Positions 1 to 8,709 of a stretch of DNA of 64,000 nucleotides are shown one piece after another. The notes beneath the pieces are model-generated. The model saw nothing but the letters and a program-made list of their open reading frames with translations. It did no database searches and was not told the origin of the DNA. The position numbers and the translations under genes were made by a program. The stretch is from an uncultured Methanosarcinales archaeon. GTDB lineage: Archaea; Nanobdellota; Nanobdellia; Woesearchaeales; JACPBV01. The first letter of the stretch is position 1. Every line of letters begins with the position of its first letter. Where the stretch lies: the NCBI GenBank assembly GCA_964492935.1, contig CAZBLF010000001.1, positions 28,301 to 92,300 on the forward strand. The letters run 5' to 3'.

Positions 1-68
1 GCAGAAGCAAAGGGTAGAGCGAGGACTAGAGCAATACACATATACAAAAATAACTTTGTCTTGTTCAG
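1..68 (-). CDS. 5' end of a secreted protein running off the window; probable CTG start
   Basis: SD GGGGGTGA 6 nt before CTG AAC AAG; translates (M)NKTKLFLYMCIALVLALPFASA, a signal-peptide pattern. Confidence 0.55.
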   Translation of the reverse strand, partial: MNKTKLFLYMCIALVLALPFAS

Positions 69-95
69 CTCTGTTCACCCCCCTAACGGTTGAAC

Positions 96-1472
96 CTATA
101 CCTTCTTTTTTAGATCCATCACTACTACAAACAAGACAATGATCACAATAATTGCAACTATGCCGAAGCCGCCCAATGCTAAGAGAATGGGTGTTGATAC
201 TGAACTCTCTGTGGTTTCGGTGAATGGCGTTGTGATGATGCCTAAATCGTTTGTTGAGGTAGATGGTTGTTGAATAATAACTACGGTGTCATCTGGTGTT
301 GTAGTTGGTGTAGTTGTTACCGGTGTTGGTGTTGAAGTCGAGGTAGATGCTCGAGTACACTCTTCTACAACAATATCTACTGCTTCGATATCCGATAGTG
401 TATCGGTATCATAGTATGCTTTGATGGTTACGGGATAGGTTGAAACTGCAACGTTCTCCTTAATTTTGAAGCTGTAGGACTTGCTGATTTCGGTATCTGA
501 TCCTGTTCCTTCTTCGAGCTCAGGAATAGATACATCATCAAGATCGATGTCCAAGTCTGGGCTTTCGATGCGCACTACTACTTCGTCTTCATCGGTTCGT
601 CCCTGGTTTTTTAGGTTCACATTGATGGTTGCGGTTCTTGCACAACTAATCTTTGATGGAGAGACGGACGATCGCTGAATAACGATGTCGTGCTTATCTT
701 TTTCCACGTCTAAGGTGAATTCGATTTCGACTGAGTGTTTAGCCCCGTTCTCGTCATCGGTGGTTACTTCGATGGTGATTTCGTATTCGTCTTCATCAAT
801 GTCTTCATCAAGTGTAAATTCGATTCTGAATGATTCTTTTTCGTCTGCGTCGATGTCGCCGAGGTCATCTTCCTCTTCTAGGTCATCATCGTCATCGAGG
901 TCGTTTCCTGTTATTTCAACTTCTACGTCTTCGATGGTGATGTCTTCGTCATCGGTGAAAATATTTTCGATATCTCCTTTAATGATAATCTTGCTTCCGG
1001 GTTTTACGTCTCTGACGGTGTCTCCATCGTCTACGCTGTCGGAGTCGCCATCTACTACTACTTTGACGCTGTCAATGACGAGCTGGCTGGTGGCGGTAAG
1101 ATCCAAGGTGACTGACTTAGAAACTGCGGCGTTAGATACAATAATTGATCCGGAAAAGGGACTCAATCGTGTATTGACGTCTTCAGGAATGGTTCCTGTT
1201 ACGGTGATGGTTTGTGTAGCTCCCGTGTTTAAGTCAAATGAACTGGGGCTGATAGAGATATTGAAGGTTGATAATTCAGATGTTGAGAGAGTGCTTGTTA
1301 GCGAGGTCAGATTAGTGGTACCGTTATTGGTGATGACAAAAGAGGTAGAGATTGCTTTCGTTGGTTTAGCTGAAAGACTGATAGAATCTTGATTCGACGT
1401 AATTTGTGCTGCTGCACTTACAACACTCGCAGTAAGTATCATGCACATGGCCAGTAATAGTAGTTTTTTCAT
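96..1472 (-). CDS. Cell-surface/S-layer-like protein with Ig/CARDB-like domains
   Basis: Signal peptide, NxT sequons, acidic beta-rich domains, Thr/Pro linker, C-terminal TM helix plus KKK. Confidence 0.75.
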   Translation of the reverse strand: MKKLLLLAMCMILTASVVSAAAQITSNQDSISLSAKPTKAISTSFVITNNGTTNLTSLTSTLSTSELSTFNISISPSSFDLNTGATQTITVTGTIPEDVNTRLSPFSGSIIVSNAAVSKSVTLDLTATSQLVIDSVKVVVDGDSDSVDDGDTVRDVKPGSKIIIKGDIENIFTDDEDITIEDVEVEITGNDLDDDDDLEEEDDLGDIDADEKESFRIEFTLDEDIDEDEYEITIEVTTDDENGAKHSVEIEFTLDVEKDKHDIVIQRSSVSPSKISCARTATINVNLKNQGRTDEDEVVVRIESPDLDIDLDDVSIPELEEGTGSDTEISKSYSFKIKENVAVSTYPVTIKAYYDTDTLSDIEAVDIVVEECTRASTSTSTPTPVTTTPTTTPDDTVVIIQQPSTSTNDLGIITTPFTETTESSVSTPILLALGGFGIVAIIVIIVLFVVVMDLKKKV

Positions 1473-1595
1473 CGTTAATCCCCCTCTTCATGTATGAAGT
1501 AATTATTAGATTGTTATTCATGAGTGGTGTCAGTTGATATTTAAATATTATTATAGTCCAGTATATAGGATTGGTTATCCATATTGGACTTTGAA

Positions 1596-1770
1596 TCCGG
1601 TCATTCCACTGGCGTGTTCACCAGTGGTTCACACATCAGTTCCATTCGGGAGTCAAGAACCACTTATCTGATGGCTAGATTACCAACATGCCACCGGTCT
1701 CTTGGAAAGCAAAACTTTCTAAGATTCCGGGAATTTGGGTTCACCAGGATATTGACCGGTGGTTCTTGAC
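1596..1770 (+). mobile_element. Non-autonomous IS200/IS605-type miniature element, copy 1 (50-nt insert at 1701-1750)
   Basis: Near-identical to 59842-59967; two CCAC..GTGG subterminal hairpins; 5' TGAA target and 3' TGAC end fit guides CATT and CATG. Confidence 0.75.
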
Positions 1771-1823
1771 AGAGAAGAGATACTTATTGTTTACGAAGGG
1801 TTTGAATTGAGTGGAAGTAAAGC

Positions 1824-1851
1824 AAAAAAATCTCAGAAGTCTTATTCTGAG
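1824..1851 (-). terminator. Hairpin plus T-run after aEF-2
   Basis: CTCAGAA/TTCTGAG stem followed by T7 on the minus strand, directly after the stop. Confidence 0.6.
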
Positions 1852-4032
1852 TTATGCTCCGACCATAGCATCGGTCAATCCTTTTCGATCTCGGATCTGT
1901 TTGATGACTTTCTGCTGGAGTTCGTTTGGAACTTTCTCAAACATCTGATCGATCAATGAGCTTGTGCCGCGACCACCGGTTGCGGAACGTAGATCGGATG
2001 ACCATCCTAGAAGCTCGGCAACGGGCATTTTTGCTTTGACATTGACAAGAATTCCTTCTTGCTGCATGTCTAATAGCTGACCACGCTTGTTGCTGATTAA
2101 TTTTGAAATTTCTCCCATGAATTCGGAAGGAGCGTCGATTAATAGAATCTGGTACGGTTCAAACATCATAGGACCAGCGTTCATGACTGCTCCTCGGATA
2201 GATTCTCTTAATGCAGGATAGACCTGGGCGGGACCACGGTGAATAGCATCTTCGTGGAGCTTCATATCGTCGATGCTTACCTTGAGACCAATGCACGGAT
2301 CTTTTACTAGCGGTCCTTGTTTCATGACGTCTTCAAACATATCGTGGATCATTTCCATGACCTCTCCGATTTGGACGATTCCACGGGTATTGTCTACAAG
2401 GATGTTTCCTTTGAAGATTGCTTTTACCTTGATTGCGGCTTTGCTTTCCATTCCTGCTTCAACGAAGGCGTCTCGGATAATCAGATCTTTCTTCTTAAGT
2501 CTGGTTTCTGGAATTTTTCCGTCTTTAATGGCCGCTTTAATGGGTTCGGTTAGTGGTTCAACTGAAAAGAAGAACTTGTTGTGTTTATTTGGCGTTTTTC
2601 CTTCGGTACTGCCAGAGGGTTTGGTGATGGTTTCTCTATAGACAACGATTGGATTTGAAGCTTTTACTTCAAGACCTTTCTCTGTTTTAATTCGGTTTTC
2701 GATGACTTCTAGATGTAATTCTCCCATACCGTGCATCAGATTCTCTCCGGTTTCCTCGTTAATTTCGATGAGGATGGTGGGATCTTCTTTTGCTACGATT
2801 TTTAGGACTTCAATTAACTGAGGTAGATCAGCTGGTTTAGTAGCTGCAATCGACTTAGTAATGACCGGTTCGAAAATGTGTGAGATCTTTTCGAAAGGTT
2901 CGGTTTCATTTAAGGTGATGGTATCTCCAACAAAGCTCTTGATTCCAGCGATTCCAATGATATTTCCACAGGCTGCTTCGTCGATGATCTCTCTTTTAGC
3001 TCCATTGTAGACAAATACTTGTTGGACTCGCGTTTTGCCGCGTCCCATAAAGGAATATCCTTCGACACCTTTCTTCATGGTTCCGGAGAAGAGTCTTCCA
3101 GCAGAGATTTCTCCTGCTTGCGGATCGATAACGATTTTGGTGATAACGAAGAATAAGGGACCGTTAGGGTCGCACTTTTTTAATGAGATACCTTCTTCAC
3201 TTTCGATGTCGCCGTGCCAGATTTTTGGGATTCTGTACTCTTGGGCTACTTCGGGTGAGGGGTGGTGGGTGATAACCATGTTCAGAACGACTTCGTGAAG
3301 AGGTGCTTTTTTAGCAAGTTCCTTTCTTTTTTCTTTGTCTTCTGTTAGATAGGCGTCGATGACGTCTTTGAAGGTGATGTTCTTTTGCTGCATGTACGGA
3401 ATGGAGAGTGCCCAGTTGTGCAATGCTGAACCAAATGCTACAGAACCATCTTGTACATTGGCTTGCCATTTTTCTCCGAATTCTTCTTCGGCAATCTGGC
3501 GGATGAGCTTGTTGACGCTTCCAATGACGGTAACGAACTTTTCCTGCATTTGTTCAGGTGTTAATTTGAGTTCTTTGATTAATCGGTCTACTTTATTGAT
3601 GAATAATACGGGCTTGACGCGCTCTTTAAGGGCTTGTCTCAATACGGTCTCGGTTTGCGGCATGATTCCTTCAACTGCATCGCAGAGAACGATTGCTCCG
3701 TCGACTGCTCGCATAGCTCGGGTAACGTCCCCACCAAAATCAACGTGGCCAGGGGTGTCGAGAAGATTGATCAAAAATTCTTTTCCTTCGAATTCGTGCA
3801 CCATGGAGACGGCTGCGGTGTCAATGGTAATACCTCGTGCTTGCTCGTCTTCGTGGAAGTCTAGTTTAAGAGCATGTCCTGCATCTTCATCTGACATCAT
3901 TCCTGCACCTGCAAGAAGGTTGTCGGAGAACGTAGTTTTACCGTGATCGATGTGAGCACAGGTTGCGATATTTCGAATCTGCTTAGGATCCGTCATGATT
4001 CTAATAATTTTGTCAACTGTTTTTTCTGCCAT
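1852..4032 (-). CDS. fusA: Archaeal elongation factor 2
   Basis: AHIDHGKTT, RGITI, DTPGH, NKVD; diphthamide loop HEDAIHRG. Confidence 0.98.
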   Translation of the reverse strand: MAEKTVDKIIRIMTDPKQIRNIATCAHIDHGKTTFSDNLLAGAGMMSDEDAGHALKLDFHEDEQARGITIDTAAVSMVHEFEGKEFLINLLDTPGHVDFGGDVTRAMRAVDGAIVLCDAVEGIMPQTETVLRQALKERVKPVLFINKVDRLIKELKLTPEQMQEKFVTVIGSVNKLIRQIAEEEFGEKWQANVQDGSVAFGSALHNWALSIPYMQQKNITFKDVIDAYLTEDKEKRKELAKKAPLHEVVLNMVITHHPSPEVAQEYRIPKIWHGDIESEEGISLKKCDPNGPLFFVITKIVIDPQAGEISAGRLFSGTMKKGVEGYSFMGRGKTRVQQVFVYNGAKREIIDEAACGNIIGIAGIKSFVGDTITLNETEPFEKISHIFEPVITKSIAATKPADLPQLIEVLKIVAKEDPTILIEINEETGENLMHGMGELHLEVIENRIKTEKGLEVKASNPIVVYRETITKPSGSTEGKTPNKHNKFFFSVEPLTEPIKAAIKDGKIPETRLKKKDLIIRDAFVEAGMESKAAIKVKAIFKGNILVDNTRGIVQIGEVMEMIHDMFEDVMKQGPLVKDPCIGLKVSIDDMKLHEDAIHRGPAQVYPALRESIRGAVMNAGPMMFEPYQILLIDAPSEFMGEISKLISNKRGQLLDMQQEGILVNVKAKMPVAELLGWSSDLRSATGGRGTSSLIDQMFEKVPNELQQKVIKQIRDRKGLTDAMVGA

Positions 4033-4042
4033 TTCTTTACCT

Positions 4043-4543
4043 CTACTTCCAGAATGATTCTAGTCTTTCTGTTTTTTCGCTCTTAATTGGAAAATTGGTT
4101 TCGGTTAATTCGTTAGGTCTAAACCAAAGTTTAATTTCGCGTTCTGCTTCTTCTGCACTTTCAGATGCATGTACTACATTTTCAAAGACGCCCTTCGTGG
4201 TGATTCTTCCATACTTCCCGCGTAGAGAAGTTGGATTTGCTTTTTCAGGGTTGGTTACCCCGATAATGTCGCGAATGTGTTTACAGGCTGCGTCGCCTTG
4301 ATAGACTAGTGCAAGTACGTTTTTAGTGTGATAAGATCCGGTAATGTATTTGATTAATTCAGCAAAGAATTTTTCTTCTTTCAGGTGCTGATAATGTTCT
4401 TCGGCAAGTTCTTGCGTTACTTCGATGACTTTTGCACCGACAATTTCAAGACCTTCTTCAGCTAGCTTATCCATGATTGCGCCCATGAGACCTTTCTGCA
4501 TGGCGTCGGGTTTTACTACTACAAGGCTTTGTTCTTTACTCAT
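4043..4543 (-). CDS. ndk: Nucleoside diphosphate kinase
   Basis: VKPDA, NVVHASES. Confidence 0.97.
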   Translation of the reverse strand: MSKEQSLVVVKPDAMQKGLMGAIMDKLAEEGLEIVGAKVIEVTQELAEEHYQHLKEEKFFAELIKYITGSYHTKNVLALVYQGDAACKHIRDIIGVTNPEKANPTSLRGKYGRITTKGVFENVVHASESAEEAEREIKLWFRPNELTETNFPIKSEKTERLESFWK

Positions 4544-4773
4544 TTTTTCTCCTTTTTGGGTGTTTCCTTTTTCGGTTCAGCCGTTTCCTTTTTTGGCGAT
4601 GGTTTTTCTGTCTTAGATTTAGTCCAGCGTACATTGTACGGCTTTCTTTTCAGATGGAGCATATTTCTTTTACACTTGCTGTTCTTGAAATAGAGAGTGG
4701 TTCCATCTTTCTTGACGAACATAATTCCTGTTCCAGGTGTGATTTCTTCTCCGGAGAAACTGCATTTGACCAT
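4540..4773 (-). CDS. rpl24e: Ribosomal protein eL24
   Basis: CSFSGEEITPGTGIMFVKKDG...SKC...WT. Confidence 0.95.
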   Translation of the reverse strand: MVKCSFSGEEITPGTGIMFVKKDGTTLYFKNSKCKRNMLHLKRKPYNVRWTKSKTEKPSPKKETAEPKKETPKKEKK

Positions 4774-5066
4774 TAGGAATTGCCTCCTGAACGGCCAGCA
4801 CGACTTAATTCACGTGCTTCGATTTCAGTTTCTCTGAGCATAAGAATATCTCCTAGCTGAACAGGTCCTTTGACGTTTCGTCTTAAGACTTTATTTTGAT
4901 CGTTTCCTTCTAAGACTTTGCAACGGACTTGAATAGCTTCTCCTCGTGTACCGGTTCTTCCTACAACTTCCTCTACGGAAGCCTTGTAGGCACGGCTAAA
5001 AGAAGCTGCACCTGATTTCTTTTCTTCCTGACCTTTTTGAGGTCTTCTTGGTTTTTCGTCTGCCAT
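4773..5066 (-). CDS. rps28e: Ribosomal protein eS28 with N-terminal extension
   Basis: [17 protein letters not shown]...RNVKGPV...LRETE. Confidence 0.95.
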   Translation of the reverse strand: MADEKPRRPQKGQEEKKSGAASFSRAYKASVEEVVGRTGTRGEAIQVRCKVLEGNDQNKVLRRNVKGPVQLGDILMLRETEIEARELSRAGRSGGNS

Positions 5067-5067
5067 C

Positions 5068-5403
5068 TTATTCTTTTGCTGAGTCTATGATTTCTTTAAC
5101 AAGCTTTTTTGCGTCGCCTTCTTTTACGATTGCGATAGCGGATGAAGGTTTGTCGATACCGGCAGCTGCTCCTAATTCTTCCTTAGATTTTACTTCAACA
5201 CAGGCGATGCCTTTTTCCTTGCATAATAGCGGAATGTGCATGGTAATTTCTGGGGGAGAGACGTCTTTTGCGATTGCAACGACTTTTGCCTCTTCACGTT
5301 CGATAGCTTTGGTTACCTCATTTGTTCCTTTCTTGAGTTTACCGCTGGCTTTCGCTGTCTCGATTGCTTCATATACTTTGTCTTGAATGTTTTCTTCTGC
5401 CAT
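5068..5403 (-). CDS. rpl7ae: Ribosomal protein eL8/L7Ae
   Basis: [40 protein letters not shown]. Confidence 0.96.
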   Translation of the reverse strand: MAEENIQDKVYEAIETAKASGKLKKGTNEVTKAIEREEAKVVAIAKDVSPPEITMHIPLLCKEKGIACVEVKSKEELGAAAGIDKPSSAIAIVKEGDAKKLVKEIIDSAKE

Positions 5404-5523
5404 TATTTTCACCTTTTGTGTATATGAGGATATTCAGAAAATATACCTCAATCGCCTACATTCGTAGGGTCATTTTTCATTGGTAAGGTTTGGAATGAAT
5501 GAGTTGTTTAAAAAGCTTTTGTT

Positions 5524-6279
5524 CTATTCTATGGATGTGTATTTCTCTTCTAATTTGGCTGCGAGCGCTGATTCTTCATCGGTTAGCTTGGTAAGTTGTA
5601 GCTTGGTATTGAATGTCTGTTCGAATCCTTTTTTGAGGGCTTCAATCATTATATCCGGCGTTATAATGAAGCCTTCTTGGTTGATTGAGGTGATATTTTC
5701 TCTTAATTGTTGTTCTGTTTTAGCTTGGTCTGGTGTTTTGAAGCATTGTGCATTTAATTCTGGGTCGAAGTTTAATAGAATAGGTCCATGTTGGAGGATT
5801 TTATTTTTTATTCTTCTTTGGGCGGATCCGGAGATCTTTTTTCCGTTGACTTCTAGTTCGTACCAGTTGGAGCTGTTGAAACAGATGCTTGTTGCTAGGC
5901 GTTCTGGTTGTTGTTTGAGTTCTGCATTGATTCCTAGTTGTTTTAATGCAATTACTAGGGCTTGTGCAATTACTTTGTAGGATTCATTGACTTGTTTGGG
6001 AAGATTGAGTTTGTCTTCTGGCGAGACTAAGGAATAGGTGACTTCTTGGTCGTGGAGCACTGCTTTGCCACCGGTGATGCGTCTGACGATGTTGATGTCT
6101 TGTTTTTTGCAGAAGTCTAGGTTGATTTCTTTTTCGATGTCTTGGTTGTAGCCGATGGAGATTGCTTTGGGTTTCCATTGATAGAATCTTAATATGGGTT
6201 CTTGGCAGAGCTGTAATAGGGATTCATCTATTGCCATATTCTCGGCTGCTGTTTTGGGGGGGGTGATGATACATCTCAT
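5524..6279 (-). CDS. Lipoate-protein ligase A / LipM family
   Basis: NMAIDE, RRITGGKAVLHD, KKISGSAQ, LQHG; start moved to MRCII. Confidence 0.9.
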   Translation of the reverse strand: MRCIITPPKTAAENMAIDESLLQLCQEPILRFYQWKPKAISIGYNQDIEKEINLDFCKKQDINIVRRITGGKAVLHDQEVTYSLVSPEDKLNLPKQVNESYKVIAQALVIALKQLGINAELKQQPERLATSICFNSSNWYELEVNGKKISGSAQRRIKNKILQHGPILLNFDPELNAQCFKTPDQAKTEQQLRENITSINQEGFIITPDIMIEALKKGFEQTFNTKLQLTKLTDEESALAAKLEEKYTSIE

Positions 6280-6406
6280 GATCGCTATAGCGTCTTCGAA
6301 ATCTTGCCCTTTTTCGTTATGGCTGACATTCTCCGGAGGAGGCAACCCTCTTGTCAGCTTGCTCTTGAGATAGATGTGATTTCGACTTGATGACGCTATC
6401 GCTATC
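6280..6406 (-). ncRNA. Candidate structured RNA, element A (same family as 47571-47693)
   Basis: 13/15-bp outer stem, TCGAAATC/GATTTCGA, GCTGACA/TGTCAGC, GCAACCC motif; strand inferred. Confidence 0.55.
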
Positions 6407-7279
6407 GATAAATGCATTCAGCTTGTCGGCTCTGTAGGAGGATCTTACTAAGGGTCCGGCTTCTACGTGAAGGAATCCTAATTTTCTTCCTTCTTCGGCT
6501 AGCTCGTCGAATTCTTCTGGAGTATAGTATTTTTCTAGTTTGATGTGTTTTTGAGTGGGTTGTAGGTACTGGCCTATTGAGAGAAAATCACAGTCGTGGT
6601 CACGGAGATTCTTCATGGTTTGGATGAGTTCTTGTTTTGTCTCTCCAAATCCCACCATGATTGCTGATTTGGTTTTTTGTTGTGGATTGAGGACTTTAGC
6701 TTGTTTTAGAATGTTTAATGACTTGGCGTAATCGCCTTTGGCACGTACTTTCTTGAACATTCTTTCAGCTGCTTCGATGTTGTGGGCGAATACTTCAGGT
6801 TTGGCATCGATGACGCGCTTGAGATCGTCTCCGGTGAAGTCGGGTGTTAGAACCTCGACGCTGCACTCGGTTAGGTTGTGAATTTGCTTGATGGTTTCGG
6901 CGAAATGGTTGGATCCAGCATCTTCGAGATCGTCTCTATCTACCGAGGTGATGACGGTATACTTTAACTTGAGATCGCGTACAATTTCGGCTACTTTTTT
7001 TGGTTCTTCTGGATCTAATGGATTGCCAACGTGTGCTGTTTTGACGTTACAGTATCTGCAGGCTCGCGTACAGGTGTCGCCCATAATCATTAGTGTTGCC
7101 GTTCCATTGGACCAGCACTCTCCAATGTTCGGGCATTTTGCCTCTTGGCAGACGGTGTTAGTCTTTCCAGCGGTGATCATGGAATTAATTTTTTTATAAG
7201 AAGCTGCATCGGGAAGACGTACTTTAAGCCAATCAGGATGTCTCCGTTTTGGTGGGGTTATCTGGATGAGATTGTTCAT
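6317..7279 (-). CDS. lipA: Lipoyl synthase
   Basis: CQEAKCPNIGEC, CTRACRYC, RSSY; C-terminus reads into element A. Confidence 0.96.
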   Translation of the reverse strand: MNNLIQITPPKRRHPDWLKVRLPDAASYKKINSMITAGKTNTVCQEAKCPNIGECWSNGTATLMIMGDTCTRACRYCNVKTAHVGNPLDPEEPKKVAEIVRDLKLKYTVITSVDRDDLEDAGSNHFAETIKQIHNLTECSVEVLTPDFTGDDLKRVIDAKPEVFAHNIEAAERMFKKVRAKGDYAKSLNILKQAKVLNPQQKTKSAIMVGFGETKQELIQTMKNLRDHDCDFLSIGQYLQPTQKHIKLEKYYTPEEFDELAEEGRKLGFLHVEAGPLVRSSYRADKLNAFIDSDSVIKSKSHLSQEQADKRVASSGECQP

Positions 7280-8708
7280 TGTTTTCCTCATATATGAGCA
7301 CGGGTTTTCGCGCCGCTAGGACTTCATTTAGGCGAGATACTGGCGTGGTATGCGGGGCGCCCTTTACTAACTCTGGGTTAACTTCGGCTTCTTTTTTAAT
7401 AGTTAGCATTGTATCGGCGAACTCATCGAGTGTTTCTTTGCTCTCGGTTTCGGTTGGTTCGATCATGATTGCTCCGGGAACGATGAGTGGGAAGTAGATG
7501 GTGGGAGCATACATTCCGAAGTCTAGTAATCTTTTTGCAACGTCCGTGGTGATCACTCCATTGGCGAGGTCTTTATCGTTGAGGACAAATTCATGCATGC
7601 AGGTTCTTTGAAAGGGGAGATGGTAGTCATTCTTGAGTTTTGCAAGTAAGTAATTTGCATTTAATACTGCGTTTTCTCCGATAGCGGGAATGCCTGTTTT
7701 TCCAAGGGAGCGGATGTAGGTGTAGGCTCTCACCAATATTCCAAAGTTTCCGTAGAATGCTCGCATACGACCAATCGAATGAGGTGATTCGTGCTTAAGT
7801 GCATAGATGCTTCCTTCTTTAATTATTTTTGGAACGGGAAGAAGCTCGGCAAGATGCGCTTTTACTCCCACGGGTCCGGATCCCGGTCCACCTCCGCCGT
7901 GGGGTGTGGAAAAAGTTTTGTGGAGATTGCTATGGAGAATGTCTATTCCGAAGTCTCCTGGTTTTGTTATTCCTACGATTGCATTGAGGTTTGCTCCATC
8001 CATATAGACGAGGCTTCCATTGTCATGCATAAGCTGACATATGGTTTGAATGTCTCGTTCGAATAAGCCCGGGGTGTTAGGATTAGTAATCATGATTCCA
8101 GCGACTTCGGGTGTAATTTTTGATTTGAGGTCTTCTAGGTTAATTTCTCCCTGGTCATTGCTTTTTACCTCTACACTGTCGAAGCCGCACTGTGTTACAG
8201 AGGCAGGATTGGTGCCGTGGGCGGAGTCAGGAACCAGGATGATACTTCTTTTTTCTTCTTTCATTTCGAAGAACTTTTTTATGATCATGATTCCCAGTAG
8301 TTCTCCATGTGAGCCGGCTGCGGGTTGAAGTGTAAATGCATCCATGCCGGTAATTTCTATGAGATACTGTTCGAGTTCATACATGAGTTGCAGGGCGCCT
8401 TGCGCATACTCGGATGGAGTTTGTGGGTGTAAGTTTGCAAACCCTTCTAGACGGGCCATGTCTTCATTGATCTTAGGATTATATTTCATGGTGCAGCTTC
8501 CTAATGGGTAGAATCCGTTATCGACGCCAAATGTTCTTCGGGAGAGTGAGGTATAATGTCGGATGATATCGAATTCACTTACTTCTGGTAGGTTGAGGTC
8601 TGATCGAAGATATTCTTCAGGAATAAGTGAGTCTTGGAGCGGTACATCTAGGGGAGGGAGTTGCAATGCTTTGCGCCCTTTCTTACTTTTTTCAAAGATG
8701 AGTTCCAT
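7233..8708 (-). CDS. gcvPB: Glycine dehydrogenase subunit 2
   Basis: YPLGSCTMKYNPK, LHKTFSTPHGGGGPG. Confidence 0.97.
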   Translation of the reverse strand: MELIFEKSKKGRKALQLPPLDVPLQDSLIPEEYLRSDLNLPEVSEFDIIRHYTSLSRRTFGVDNGFYPLGSCTMKYNPKINEDMARLEGFANLHPQTPSEYAQGALQLMYELEQYLIEITGMDAFTLQPAAGSHGELLGIMIIKKFFEMKEEKRSIILVPDSAHGTNPASVTQCGFDSVEVKSNDQGEINLEDLKSKITPEVAGIMITNPNTPGLFERDIQTICQLMHDNGSLVYMDGANLNAIVGITKPGDFGIDILHSNLHKTFSTPHGGGGPGSGPVGVKAHLAELLPVPKIIKEGSIYALKHESPHSIGRMRAFYGNFGILVRAYTYIRSLGKTGIPAIGENAVLNANYLLAKLKNDYHLPFQRTCMHEFVLNDKDLANGVITTDVAKRLLDFGMYAPTIYFPLIVPGAIMIEPTETESKETLDEFADTMLTIKKEAEVNPELVKGAPHTTPVSRLNEVLAARKPVLIYEENNEQSHPDNPTKTETS

Positions 8709-8709
8709 A

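Noticed and set aside
685..1392. Long antisense ORFs (this one and many similar in the track)
   Set aside because: Ser-rich shadows of real genes on the opposite strand
5524..6417. Extended 297-aa lplA start
   Set aside because: The extension is just element A read in frame; homology begins at MRCII (6279)
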